Source of the DNA: Ginglymostoma cirratum
Lineage: Eukaryota
NCBI GenBank assembly: GCA_024137785.1
Contig: JAHRHZ010000013.1
Location: 10,973,577-11,037,576 of the forward strand
Direction: 5' to 3'
DNA length: 64,000 bases
In this document: positions 38,269 through 50,900 of the stretch, piece by piece
Position numbering within the stretch: the first letter of the stretch is position 1
Layout of the letters: each line of letters opens with the position of its first letter
Made by a program: the position numbers and the translations under genes
Notes under the pieces: model-generated
What the model was told of the DNA's origin: nothing
What the model saw: the letters and a program-made list of their open reading frames with translations, nothing else
Database searches by the model: none

Positions 38269-39064
38269 TTAACACAGTTAACACAACATGGCAGAGGCCT
38301 GCACTCCCTGGAGTGTTCTCTTTGCTTTTATTTTATTTTTTCCACCAGAAGATTGCATAAGTGCTGGTGGGTGGTAACATTAAGCACAATGATGTTTAGT
38401 TGTATTATGACTAGTAGCAACTTTGAAGGACTAGTTTCTCTATTGTTAAGTATGTTTAAATATTTTTTTCTTCAGGCCTTCCTAGGCCTCAGCCTGCTAT
38501 TATATTAGTAGGACAAAGTTTTGATTTTCATGGCAGCAGAATAGCATGAACATCTCTGAAAAACCTGCCCTAATTAAAGTAATGACTCCTTACCTGTAAA
38601 TTTAAAGCAGGATGAGAGACTGGGAGAACTACTGTGTCAAATATTGCACTCTGGATGAACAGGGACCGTGAAATTCCAGGCCAACAGCACAATCACTTGA
38701 TGTTTTATTTTGTTTATTAGCCGTAAAAAATGAGTGCTGAGGGTGACAGGAGACAGTAAAATGTTGACACAATTCCAACTTTTATTGTAGCATTGCACTA
38801 TATACAAACCTGAATCATAGCCTTGCAAAGAAAGCTTTCATCCAAAACTTGCCTGCATATTTCCAGCATTTCTGGTGTTTTCAATATTTTGCAAAAGGCT
38901 TAAAAGGAAAACATGTCCCTAATTGTGTTTCTCTCTGAATGTCATGGTGACACCAAGTGACTTTATTATGCTAGTTACCCTCCTTATACAAGGTTGCCTT
39001 TGATTCACAACCTACCTCTGATTTTGTTGCGCAGTTCAGAGGTTAGGAAGCTGCAGCAAGTAAC

Positions 39065-39603
39065 CTAGCTCCTGACTCCCTGAAGCCTGTCACTAGCTAC
39101 AAGTGAGGAGTGTGATGGAATACTCCTCACTTACCTAGATAAGTGCAGCTCCAATAATACTCAAGAAGCTTGATGCCATTCAGGACAAAGCAGCCCATTG
39201 ATTGGCACAGCATCCACTCCCTCCATTATTCAATAGCAGCAGTGTGTACTATCTACAAGATGAACAGCAGAAATTCACCAAGGCTTCTTAGATAGCCCTT
39301 GCAAACCAATGGCCATTATCATCTGGAAGGACAAGGGCAGCAGATACATAGGAATACCACCTGCAAGTTCCCTTTCAAGTTACTTACCATCACCCAGACT
39401 TGGAAATATAACACCATTCCTTCAGTGTCACTGGGTAAAAATCCTGGAACTCCTTTCCTAATGGCATTGTGGGTCCACCCACAGAAGTTCAAGAAGACAG
39501 CTCAACACCACGTTATCAAGGATGACTAGGAATTGGCAATAAATGCTCGCCTGGCCAATAATGCCCATATCCCACGAATGTATAAGAATTAAATAAATAA
39601 AAC
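39065..39603 (+). mobile_element. CR1/L2-group LINE 3' end (partner of the 11843/22745 SINE family)
   Basis: VRSVMEYSSLT*ISAAPIILKKLDAIQDKAAH*LA frame; tail GGCAATAAATGCTCGCCTGGCCAATAATGCCCATATCCCACGAATG plus A-rich end. Confidence 0.8.
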
Positions 39604-39918
39604 AATGACCCGTTGAGACATTATTCTGAAACCCTGCAGCATATGCCATGGTCCAAATAAAAGGATGGTGGTTTGAGTTATCTCAAACTCTGTCTCTGGG
39701 GGCTAGTACCTGGACAGTGTCAGCTCATGTAGCCAGAGCATGCCATGCCCATTACTCAAGTGAAGGACCTTTCGACCAGCACTTACAGATTGTTATGATT
39801 AATTATTGTTGCATCACAATCATTTTGTTTGAATTGAACAGTATTCAAAATAGGTTCCAGCTGTTCTCCTTGGCCATTGTTGTGATGGAAATGATTAATT
39901 GTGGTGTGATTTAGGCCA

Positions 39919-39940
39919 TGTGTGTGTGTGTGTGTGTGTG
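39919..39940. repeat. (TG)11 microsatellite
   Basis: Perfect TG run. Confidence 0.97.
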
Positions 39941-42900
39941 ATTTTAAATGTTATACAAAAAAATACAGATTTCAGGTCAGGATATAATTGAGGCATTTTG
40001 ACCAAACATGGCGAAGGAATTGTGCAACTAACATTTAGCAAACCCAAGTGTGATTAATTCTCATCTGGGAATGGGATTAGTTTCTGCTCTATGTGCAGGG
40101 TCACATTGCTTGATGTCTTTCAGTGTTCAGTTTACATACAGTCCACTCCAAATAAATGTATTCAGGAGCTGAGCACAATCGTGCCTTTCTGTGCTAAAAT
40201 GCGCACTTGTCATTAATTATTTCTGTCTGTGCTTAACAGCCAATAGATATTAATACAGCTAGCTTCATAATGAATAACTAAGAAGTTGTTTGAGTCTCTA
40301 ATTTGTTTTAATATGATATAGCCTATATGTATATCTACAGTTGTATATGCATGCAATTTATATATAAATAAAATTTTAACCAATTATATATAAACAACAA
40401 AAATGTTAAAAAAGTATTTTATAGGCGTTTGTACCATGCATCTAATGACATATAACTATTAATTTTACTTGTTGTAACTATGGATATATTAATTTCTAAT
40501 GGATGTTACAGATGGACAAATTCAATTATGCATGTTTTAGCAGGGAAAGGTTGATTCTGAATAGAGCACAGAACATTAATGTGTAAAATCAAGATGCCAT
40601 TTTTACTTCAGGGCTGTAAAACAGAGTTATTGATCCCTAATATAATGTGACAGCAGCACATACCGCAACTGATCTTGTACATATGGACATTTTACTTAAA
40701 GAATTTGTGCTAAAATTGTTTGGGCCCGAACTATTAGGACTATTTTTTTGTGGTAAATTCAGGGTAATCCCTCTATTTACAAACCAAATGTTACCATAGC
40801 ATTTAGCACTTTCTCGTGTATTAATTTGAGGCCAGTGCTTAGTTAAGCCTTCTGATGCAATATTTGATGTAATTATGCAAATTGTAAAGCATATCACCCG
40901 GAAATTAATTACTTGACCTTCGCTAAAAGCCAGATTTCGTTCCTGTCAGTAATATGTGGAGCAGATTGCACACAAGGCTTTCCTGATGTACAAGCTCTGT
41001 TGCAGAGAATGAGCTTTACATTTTAGCGAAAAGAGGGTATTAAAAGGAGCTGAAAAGGAATACGTTTCTGGAGTAAATGAGTAACTAAAATCTAAAAGAA
41101 ATAGAGCATTGAAAGTAAGTAACACTTCAAAAGCAACAAAGAATGTAGAGGACTGCTGCTTTGGTTTCATAACTTCAAAGGATGACAGAGATTGAGATGA
41201 CCTATTTGAAAGGGCTATGGAGGGAGAGCAAAACTGGAGCTATGCCACTGAGGAAATAGTCCCTAAGTAAGCAAAGAAAAGGGTGGGAATGTGTCCTGAC
41301 CGTTAAGCCAAAACGGACAGCATTACATGGATCACCTGCTGTTTATCTAACTGTCGGGTAGGTTGTATAATCGGTGGCCAAGGTGATACCACCCAGTTTG
41401 CATTATCACTTTTGGTGAATCTTTACCCCATGATGTTCTGAAACTTCTTCTGAAAGTGGAAAACAGACTCCTTTGATGCAGATAAGGCAAGCTTTAGTTT
41501 GTGCCTTTCATCATGTAATCCAAGTATAACAATGTGTTCCACCAATGCTAATATGATATGTGTCAATATAGATAACATGCTATGTCACAGCATATGCAGC
41601 ACAACAGAATAAAAGAATAAAATCATTTTTCACTTGACCTGCGAAACCTGACGTGAATATCAGCTAATTGGTAGAGGAGTTAAATCCTCAACTTATCAAT
41701 ATCTAATGCAATCATAACAGAAGTGCACTGAAAGCTTAGAGCAATAAGAATGGACTTGTTATGTTGGTTACCGTCATCCAGCTGTATTGAGACATTGCAT
41801 CCTTACATAACTGCAGGTCAGGGCACATTTAGCTGAGTGAGTTGGCTCTGCTGTCAATGTGCTGCCTTTGCTTTTGATGCCTAGCCCCATGGTATTATCT
41901 GTGTGCACTAGTAAATTGAATCCATGTTTTATTACTTATGACAAATCAAAAAAACAAACCTCCCTCCAGATATGGCTCTCATCACTATCATTGCTACTGC
42001 ATTGGTGACTGATTAAAAACAAGTTTCACATTTTGTGGTTTTCGAGATTGCAGATTACAACTTATAGGCAAGATTGAAAAAACTGTGCAATGTATGCATT
42101 GCAGACTATTCAGTGCACACAATTACATATCATGCAATACTGAAATTTCCTTCTTAATACTTTATCATTTGATAGAACACTTATAATAACTTTTCTTAAA
42201 TTTTACACTTTTGTTTAAATTGTATTTTCTAATTTTTTCCTAGCCCAAGTATGGCACAAATAACTAATCCCATTAATTAATTCATTTAATATTTCTTTCC
42301 AGAATTATCCACTTTTATCCCAGAAACTCTTCACATTGTCCCTTTAAATTGCATTACCCTGCTGGCTGATCTGATTATTGAGCATGTGAAATTGATCTTC
42401 AAGAGCAGTTACGCATGTATGATGGCTGCAAGTGTTTCCCAATTCACAGTCTCATAGGACTATTTATTTTTCAATCATTTTTCATTGTATACAATATCCT
42501 TTGTGGCCAAAATATATTTCTGAATTTGCTCTTTTCTCCGGGTACCTCCTTTCTTTTGTTCAATCCTTTACTTTCACACAAACTCGTTAGCGTTAATTTT
42601 GATTTACACTGTCTGGTCACAAATTATTGTCTGGCTGGATGTCAGAAAGCAAAAGTGAGTGAACAGAATTTCACATTGTCTTTTACAGTCTCTGAGCCTG
42701 AGTTCCCATTCCAAGCACTCCCTAAGAGATGGTAGAAATGCAGGGTTATAGATGAAAATTTACTCCTTTGTGGTGGGTTTTATTTAATCCCGATCTGCTT
42801 GGATGGAGTAAAAAAGCATTTAAAATGAGTGGCTCAATTTTTCGCTCTTTTCCTGCCAATTTCTAATTTTAACACCATTGGTTTTGGCAGAGGATGAGGA

Positions 42901-43459
42901 GGCTGTTGTATTTAGGGACGTGATTCATGGCCAGGAGCTAGTCCAAGTTCTATAATGTTAAAATACCCTAATAGCATTTCAACTGCCACTTAAACAGGTC
43001 AACAACTGTTGGAAAGGATGAAGAGGCCCTTGAGATAAGTCATTTTGTTTCCTTCATTCGATGTCAAGGTCAGGAGTGTTCCTCAGTTTCTCCACAGGGA
43101 CAACTGCTGCCTCGTTCCTCCAGATCTCCCTAAACCTCCTTCTCTTCCATGTATCCTGCCAATAAAACATTTAGTCTCTGTTATGCCTCAAAAACTGGGG
43201 CAAAAGTTTCTCCTCTGAGGAGACTGAATGGCACACTGAGCTAGTGCACCAAGATTTACAACTGAAACAAGCTCAGTCTATCAGAAAGGAAGTTTTCTCT
43301 CATGGTTAACTGTATGGATCCAATGTAAAATAAGCCTGATCAATCTCCTCCCATCTCCTGTTGGTGATGGGCCTAAGAATAATTTCTAATTTGAAAATCT
43401 CACTGAGTAAGGCCAGAGGATAGTTGGAATGAACAGTAAAAAAAAGTTACGATAATAGA

Positions 43460-43670
43460 TATAGTAAGAACTGCCGATGCTGGAGTCAGATATAACACAG
43501 TGAGCTGGAGGAACACAGCGGGCCAGACAGCATCAGAGAAGCAGGAAAGTTGACGTTTTGGATCAGGACCCTTCTTCAGAAATTCTGAAGAAGGGTCCCG
43601 ACCTGAAACGTCAACTTTCCTGCTCCTCTGATGCTGCCAGGCCTGCTGTGTTCCTCCAGCTCCACACTGT
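43460..43670. mobile_element. Head-to-head palindromic PLE pLTR dimer with hammerhead cores
   Basis: Inverted repeat centred on TTCAGAA-A-TTCTGAA (about 43582). Flanked by GTTACGATAATAGA (43446-59) and GTTACAATAATAGA (43671-84). Confidence 0.9.
43582..43616 (+). ncRNA. Minimal type-I hammerhead ribozyme motif
   Basis: CUGAAGA (43585-91), A, GGGU-CCCG-ACCU stem II, GAAA (43605-08), C-GUC. Confidence 0.6.
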
Positions 43671-43911
43671 GTTACAATAATAGATGTTCTTTCATGATTG
43701 TGCTCACGGTTGTCATAAAATGGAAAGTGATTTACAATACGTCCAACCATTTGAGTTTCCCTGGAGGCTTTTGATCATGAAATTAAATACTTGAACTGGA
43801 GAAGTGCAACACAGAGACCACAATGTTAGCATGCAGTTACTGCAAACAATTAGGAATACAAATAGTAAAGGGACTTAATCACAGGGGAACTATAATTTAA
43901 GTGTAAGGGTG

Positions 43912-44018
43912 GGCTTCTTTGGCACAGTGGTGGTGTGCCTATCTTGGCCTAGGTTCACGTGGCAGCTTTTCCAGAGGTAAACCATAGCATGTCTGAACAG
44001 ATTGATTAAAAATATCTG
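43912..44018 (+). mobile_element. Short tRNA-derived SINE
   Basis: TGGCACAGTGGTGGTGTGCCTA A-box head, AGGTTCAC B-box remnant, tail TCTGAACAGATTGATTAAAAATATCT; related to 44325-44626. Confidence 0.55.
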
Positions 44019-44324
44019 CAAGCATATGGAATTTTTGCTTATAAGTTATAAAAGGCTTTGTTGAGACCACACCAGGAGAACTGTTGCAGTTTTGATCTAA
44101 GAAAGACTCTTTTCTGATCATTCAGAGAATCAAACTGGCAGATATGAAAGTGGTATTGAGGCAAAAGATCGGCCAGGATCATATTGAATGTCAAAGTAGA
44201 AAGGAGAGGATAGGTATTCTGTCCTATTTCTTTTGTACGCATGTTCTTAGCTGGTGGAGGCTGGATAAAAGACATTTTCCCTCTTCTGGCCCATAAGCAG
44301 TTCTGCAAGGGCTGTTTTTTCTTC

Positions 44325-44626
44325 CCCTCAGAGATGTTATTACACACCTTTGGATAAAGTCAGAAGTCACATGACACCAGGTTACAGTCTAACAGGTTTA
44401 GTTGCGTTCACAAGCTTTCAGAGTGCTGCCCCTTCTTCACCTGACAAGAGAGCAGTGCTCTAAAAGCTTGTGATTTCAAATAAACCTGTTGGACTACATG
44501 ATTTTTTCCACCCCAGTCCAACACCAGCACCCTCATGTCATACACACCTTTGGTGCCAAATGGACTTGAACCCAGGCCTCCTGGTTCAGAGGTGGGGATA
44601 CTAGTATTGCACCGCAAGAGGGCCCC
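44325..44626 (-). mobile_element. Short tRNA-derived SINE split by a PLE palindrome
   Basis: Minus strand GGGCCCTCTTGCGGTGCAAT...CTCTGAACCAGGAGGCCTGGGTTCAAGTCC...CCAAAGGTGTGTA | ATAACATCTCTGA. Confidence 0.7.
44354..44540. mobile_element. Palindromic PLE-derived mini-element (same family as 16364-16574)
   Basis: GTCACATGACACCAGGTTA...CACAAGCTTTCAGAG / CTCTAAAAGCTTGTG...AAACCTGTTGGACTA; perfect 13-bp TSD TACACACCTTTGG at 44341-53 and 44541-53. Confidence 0.85.
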
Positions 44627-47298
44627 AATGCAAAGGCTTTTAACTTTTGTATTGAACTCTTCTCACCTGATTTTGCATGTCGGGTTTCCTGAGGCATGAA
44701 CATATAGTAGTTAAAAATGAGACCTTGTAAAATTGGAGTGCCAAAAGATTTCAGTCACTGATCTACATCCTGAGTGTAGATTGGACATCTGGCCTTCCTC
44801 TACTTCTGTTAAAGTCAGACATGGCTGGATTCAAGACAGATGTTGCGCCTGTTTCAGATTTTTAACATTTTAATCTCCCAAAAAAAAAACATTTTGAGGG
44901 TTAAAGAAAGAAGCAAAGATTGGGACAGCAAAGAAAGAGACAAAAAACAAAATAATAAAAAAGGCATATCTTAAATTTAAAAAGCCCTTATCAAATTTGT
45001 CTGTCAGAAGGAAGTTCAATTGTTTCCTTTCCAGGCTGCAGAGGTTGAGTGGCATGGTAGAAGCATAAATCTTGTCATTAAGAACTCTGAAATACCAGCC
45101 TTAATTTTTCACAATGAGTTTAATTGGCAATTAAAGCTCAAAAAATGCACTTTCTTGAAACTCATGAGGAGATTAAAAGCAAGCTCCTACTCCTAAAATG
45201 TTAACAGTGGAGAATTGTAGGTCATCGAGAAACTTGTAATTCATGACTCAGAGGATATTTCTTCCTTGTCACAGGTTCCTCATTGATCTGAAAACTAACA
45301 ACAGCTTTTGTATTAAAGTTACTAATATCTTGCCAGCAAAATCTGGCCTGTCATATTTTTAGGCTTGCATATTAAAGGGTAATTTCTGTACTTGCATACA
45401 CTGCAGTATGTTACATCAAAAAAAACAGGGCTACAATGACAGCCAATACTATCAGAAGGAACAATATACAGCAGAACATCAGTGTCCTCATGTAACACTC
45501 TATTACAAACTTCCTACAGACAGCAACATAAAACAATGGCCACCGTTAAATGAATAACTGCATGCAAAATAGGGAACATCTCCATAGTTTTAGAATTAAT
45601 CTATTCTTTGTCATTTTTTAGAGTGAATGCAAAGAAAACAAAATCCAAAATTCTACAACGAGAAGTGCAACTCACCATTACTAAGATGCTCCTCCGCCAC
45701 TGACCTCTTCAGACTATGGAAATTGCAGGGGTCCTCTGTAAGTGCTGGGATATAACGGTTGCAATTTCATTGGCCAAAGAACTAAGGAAAGTACATATCT
45801 ATCCAATTACTCAATCATTAGGGTTCTCCAAGCTCTGAAAACCACAGATTGCTCTGGGGCTGACTTCCATTTGGGATCTGCTCATTCTACCCCACAGAGT
45901 TGAAGAAGAACCCCAAAGCTGCCAACATCTACATTCCCCCACTCCTGATTACCACCACCTCACAATCATAATTGGCCGCTGCAGCTCTGAAGAGGAAAGA
46001 ATGTCAAAAGTGGTTACACCCATTTCAAGATGGAACAGAAACTGTAGACTCTTATATTCCAGTAAAATTACGGAGTATGCTTCAAACATTAATAAATATC
46101 ATTGTCTCGTTCACAGTGAGGCAACGGCTATGTTGTTGCCATAATGGGTTGCTGGAATGTGAAAGTAGGCAAAGACTGACTTTACCAAATAACTTTGAAG
46201 CAGTAATATTGCAAACAAAATACTTTTGTATACATGTTTAAATCAGGGCTTTTCTTCACAATCTGCCTCAAAAGCAAACTAAGAATACAATGTTTCTAAA
46301 ACTCATTATTATTTGTATGGATTTGGATTTATGTTACAATTGTAATATTTATAAACGGTAGGGGAAGAGCTGAAGCTAATATAAGCATGTAGACCATGTT
46401 CATTATATATCAAAGATCAGCTTTTCCTGTTATCGTGTGTGAATATGTTTTCTGCCTAGATGCAAATAATGGAGAAAAATTGGACAAGGAGCAACACATT
46501 GCAGTAATGGTCCCTATCCATGTTTAAATTTATAGGTAAAAAATTGGGCATGTGCTTTTCACCATCCAATTTTGTTTTAACTATAACACATGAAAGATGC
46601 AATGCTTTTATCACATGTGTAATTTCTGTACCATGATTAGTATATACCCCATTTCTGTCAAACCCATGGTTGGGTGCAATACCTTGCTATGATGTGTGTC
46701 TGTAGATTTTCATATCTGCCTTTCAGTCCTTTCAATCCACTGCTGATAGTTCAAGGTCAGTCTCCAAATCCATTCCGTTCACTCCATAAACCAAAATAGG
46801 TTTATTTTTAAAATCGATGTCTAATTTCTTGCTCCCTGCAAAGCGTGTCAACTTTAAAATTAAATTTAATCTTTAAAGAGGCCTATAAGAAAACAACAAA
46901 GAGATTTCTTGTGGTTTACTAACACACGCACACTTACACAGAGCAAAAATAGACAAAGCTAAGAATCCAACGTGTATTTACTAGAACCTTATGCATGACA
47001 AATTTTCACAACTGGTCTCAGCTCTGAATGTTACATTCTCTAGTCTATCTAGTGTCATGTTCCATCATTAGACTGTTCCTGCAGTTTCAGTCAGAAAATT
47101 AAAACTTGCTCTTTACATACTTGTCAAATACTTTTTAACAGTATTCACTGATTCTTTTTCTCTTACAAATAAATTTAAGTTTCTTCTATAAATATTAATA
47201 ATGAAATAAAACTCTATTCGTTTTGTTAGAAAACTCTATTCGTTTTCTAACTTTGATCTTGCCAACGTTGTAAAGAACACAGGTGAAGGAATTATTTC

Positions 47299-47969
47299 TT
47301 CTACATCGGGGAAACCAAGTGGAGGCTTGGGGACCGCTTTGCAGAACACCTGCGCTCAGTTCGCAACAAACAACTGCACCTCCCAGTCGCGAACCATTTC
47401 AACTCCCCCTCCCATTCCTCAGACGACATGTCCATCCTGGGCCTCCTGCAATGCCACAGTGATGCCACCCGAAGGCTGCAGGAACAGCAAATCATATTCA
47501 GCCTGGGAACCCTGCAGCCCAATGGCATCAATGTGGATTTCACAAGCTTCAAAATCTCCCCTCCCCCAACCGCATCCCAAAACCAGCCCAGCTCATCTCC
47601 ACCTCCCTAACCTGTTTTTCCTCTCACCTATCCCCTCCTCCCACCTCAAGTCATACCCCCATCTCCTATCAACTAACATCATCCCGCCCCCTTGACCTGT
47701 CCGTCCTCCCTGGACTGACCTATCTCCTCCCTACCCCACTACCTACACTCACCTTTACTGGCTCCATCCCCGCCTCTTTGACTTGTCTGCCTCCTCTCCA
47801 CCTATCCTCTCCTCTATCCATCCTCTATCCGCCTCCCCCTCTCTCCCTATTTATTTCAGAACCCTCTTCCCCTCCCCCATTTCTGATGAAGGGTTTAGGC
47901 CCGAAACGTCAAGTTTTCCTGCTCCTATGATGCTGCTTGACCTGCTGTGTTCATCCAGCCCCATGCTTG
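47299..47969 (+). mobile_element. Penelope-like retroelement, 5'-truncated (GIY-YIG C-terminus, 3' UTR, pLTR)
   Basis: Open frame YIGETKWRLGDRFAEHLRSVRNKQLHLPVANHFNSPSHSSDDMSILGL...RRLQEQQIIFSLGTLQPNGINVDF; TTATTTC duplicated at 47292-98 and 47970-76. Confidence 0.93.
47878..47915 (+). ncRNA. Minimal type-I hammerhead ribozyme motif in PLE pLTR
   Basis: CUGAUGA (47883-89), A, GGGU-UUAG-GCCC, GAAA (47903-06), C-GUC (47908-10). Confidence 0.75.
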
Positions 47970-50900
47970 TTATTTCAGCTACAGCCTGGTTCATTCCAGC
48001 CTGGTCCATGCCTGTAAGAAATGAAACCTTTCTGCTTGAGTTTATTTTGAGCTTTGGCTTTAGTATGGTTGACGATTATCGACTGTAGTCTCTACTTTCT
48101 GACACTTCAAACGAAGAAGTCAGCATAATAGAGGATCTGTTTCCAGCCGCAGGCTCTAATCTGAACAACACTCCTTCTTACTGTTACTCACCTACTTGGT
48201 GACAGATCGAATTTAATCAGCTCCTGAACAGAAGAGAAAAACTGTTGTATGTTGCACTGGTTGATGTGGCATAAATTGGGTAAACTTAAAATTGTGCCGT
48301 TCGTAGGGAAGGTCTGTTTATTTGAAAGCACCAAGATTAACACTGGCTCAAAGTTGAGGCGGAGAGCATATCTTCCACGATGTTGAGCGACTTACATAAC
48401 ACAATGCTGTGCTTTCATTGCTGAATACCTTTTAGTTTTGTTTCGCTCATAGCAAAATAAAATCTTATCTTTTTATTTGTTTAGATGTATGTTGCCTGCG
48501 AACCAAAATTTTAGGTGGTTGAGTTAATGCACGTTGTTTTTAAATATGAGACATTTTTAACTTAACTTACACTCTGTTTTTAGTAAAAATGGTTTTACTA
48601 TAATCTTCTCATACTTATTGATGTCAACCCCAGTCCATTAGGTGTTTGCCTCTGCCTACCTAAAGGTCATCTCTAAAGACTGAGTCAGATAAGCTAAGAA
48701 TGATTCTTCTTTCTATTTCTCACCTTTGCTCTTAATGACACTTCAATACCATGGGCAAGGCAGGGAACTTGCAATGTGGGGAATCCCAATATAAACATGT
48801 AACCTGTGGTACAACACAGACCTTAAACAAATCATGTTTTCAACTGGCATATTGATAGCAGTGGATTGATGGTAGTAAAGTAAAAAGGTTAGAGATTTCA
48901 ATAACAATGACAGTTCTGGCATATCCTGCCTTTAAACTAGAGCACTGTATGTTTCAATTTTTTATGATTATACCGCCCAGTAGGTTATTTGCAGAAGATT
49001 AATTTCAGCATTATATTTACGTTCACTCCTCAAATTGTGCAATTCATCATGTCACATGCATATTGTATAAGATAACCCTCCCTAATTTTGAGTCTAAATT
49101 CACTGCAAAATCTATGAATTGGGGGTGAAACACCTCATTGTCCAATACAGTAGGAAGATTGATTTTAATGTAGACTGGCTGTTACTTGTGCTGCTACCAT
49201 TATGTGTAGAGAGAGAAGAAACCAGAGGCCTGAGGAGGAGGAGTGGAAGACTGCAAGCTGGAGAAAGTGAACAAGATAGTCAGGGACCATGCAAGAAAGG
49301 AGAAAAATTAGTCTATGTTCCCTACGGTGAACTATAGTATAAGACACTGAAGAGACTCAAGTACAAGACAACCTCCAAAGCATAAGGTCACTTTCTCATC
49401 CACTACAGAGGTAGCCATTTTTCGAGTGAATGTAAGTAAACAACTCTTTTAAAATTGACCCTTAATTTTTAAACAATGTGCAGTAGTATTGGACAAAGAT
49501 TTTGCTGGTAATTTCTCTCTGAATTTATAATTGACTTTTCTGCTATTTTCCAGATGTTGTGCATGGTGGTCAATCCAACTCTCATAAAGTTGACAATTAT
49601 GGTCTGATCCAAACAATTTGCATGCAGCTCTTCTGCACTACTAAGTACTATCAAAAAAAACTTCTCTAGTTTTCTTAGTTTTCTTGCAAAAACTTAAACA
49701 AACGCCTCTCATTTGCAAGACCCTATGCATTTTTGCCATCCCCGACTCATTAATATTAGAACGGAACAGAACCTGTTACCCTAAGTCATTTTTTATCATT
49801 CCTTATTGCTCAACAAGGGCACTCATTTCTTCGTTTAAAACTTAAAGCCTGACACAAATGTCTAGATATTATTATTGCTTTTCCATGAGTCTCTCCTATT
49901 TTCAATATTGGTGGTGTCTTGTACTCTGGTTTGGCCTTTCACCTAAGTATGTTAATTTGAAGGAAAATTCAAATTCACTGGGAGAATTGTTGAAAATATA
50001 GCATAAATAAAACACACACGCGGGTTTACAGTAAAACCTGCACAACTTACACCAGAGGTGCATTCCTGACATGGTTTGCCAATTTAATTTTTCGGCATAC
50101 ATTACATAAAAAATTGGCATGTTTAATAGCTAATGCAAAACAAAAAAAATCATTAGAAATAAGAGAGAAAAAAGTAATGTGCACATGTTTATAAAATGTA
50201 TAGGGAGGGCTGTGCTATTTTTGACCTTTTACATAGTGAAGTCATAGAAAGTTGAGCTGTATGTTATACATTAAAAGATTATCAGTAAATCCCCAGAAAA
50301 ATAGTAGTTTCTAGTTATGGAAAGTTCTTTCACTACCTTGAGAAAGCAAAGGCCTGCATTGCCCCAGGTAATGCAGCATATGTCAACCAGTTGTTGCACA
50401 AATCCTTCTTACTATTACCAAAGGAAATGAGAGCCAGTGAAAGTATGTGTAATCCATTCCAACATAATTTTTGCAGCTGCTATGTCAGGTCAAAGGCCAG
50501 GATTGAACTTGGAGGCATAACAGGGACAAGGCTGAAACTGTACCCTTTACAACTAAATTATCTTGTTTACATTAACTGTCTGTGTGCCAATCTAAAATTA
50601 AATTATTCTCTAAATATTTGGACACCACTTTCGAGATGATGTGTTATTATCGGCAATACTTGTGTCAAACCAGAAAATGTATTGTTAAGAGTTCTGACTG
50701 ACAGGCAACATTACTGAATATAACATTTGAAACAGTTGTTCACCTGGCGTATGTTAGATGTCAAACTGAGCAAGATGTTTACTGCGACTGACTAAATGAA
50801 CTCTATTTTTCAATTTATTTTTGAGTGAGATTGTACAGATCTTGTGCAAGGCCAGCTGCTACCAGGTCAGGTTACACGGCAGTAACCATTCCCTTGAATG

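Noticed and set aside
49150-49440. Purine-rich exon-like segment ending in GTAAGT
   Set aside because: Stops in all three frames, a weak acceptor and no recognisable protein.
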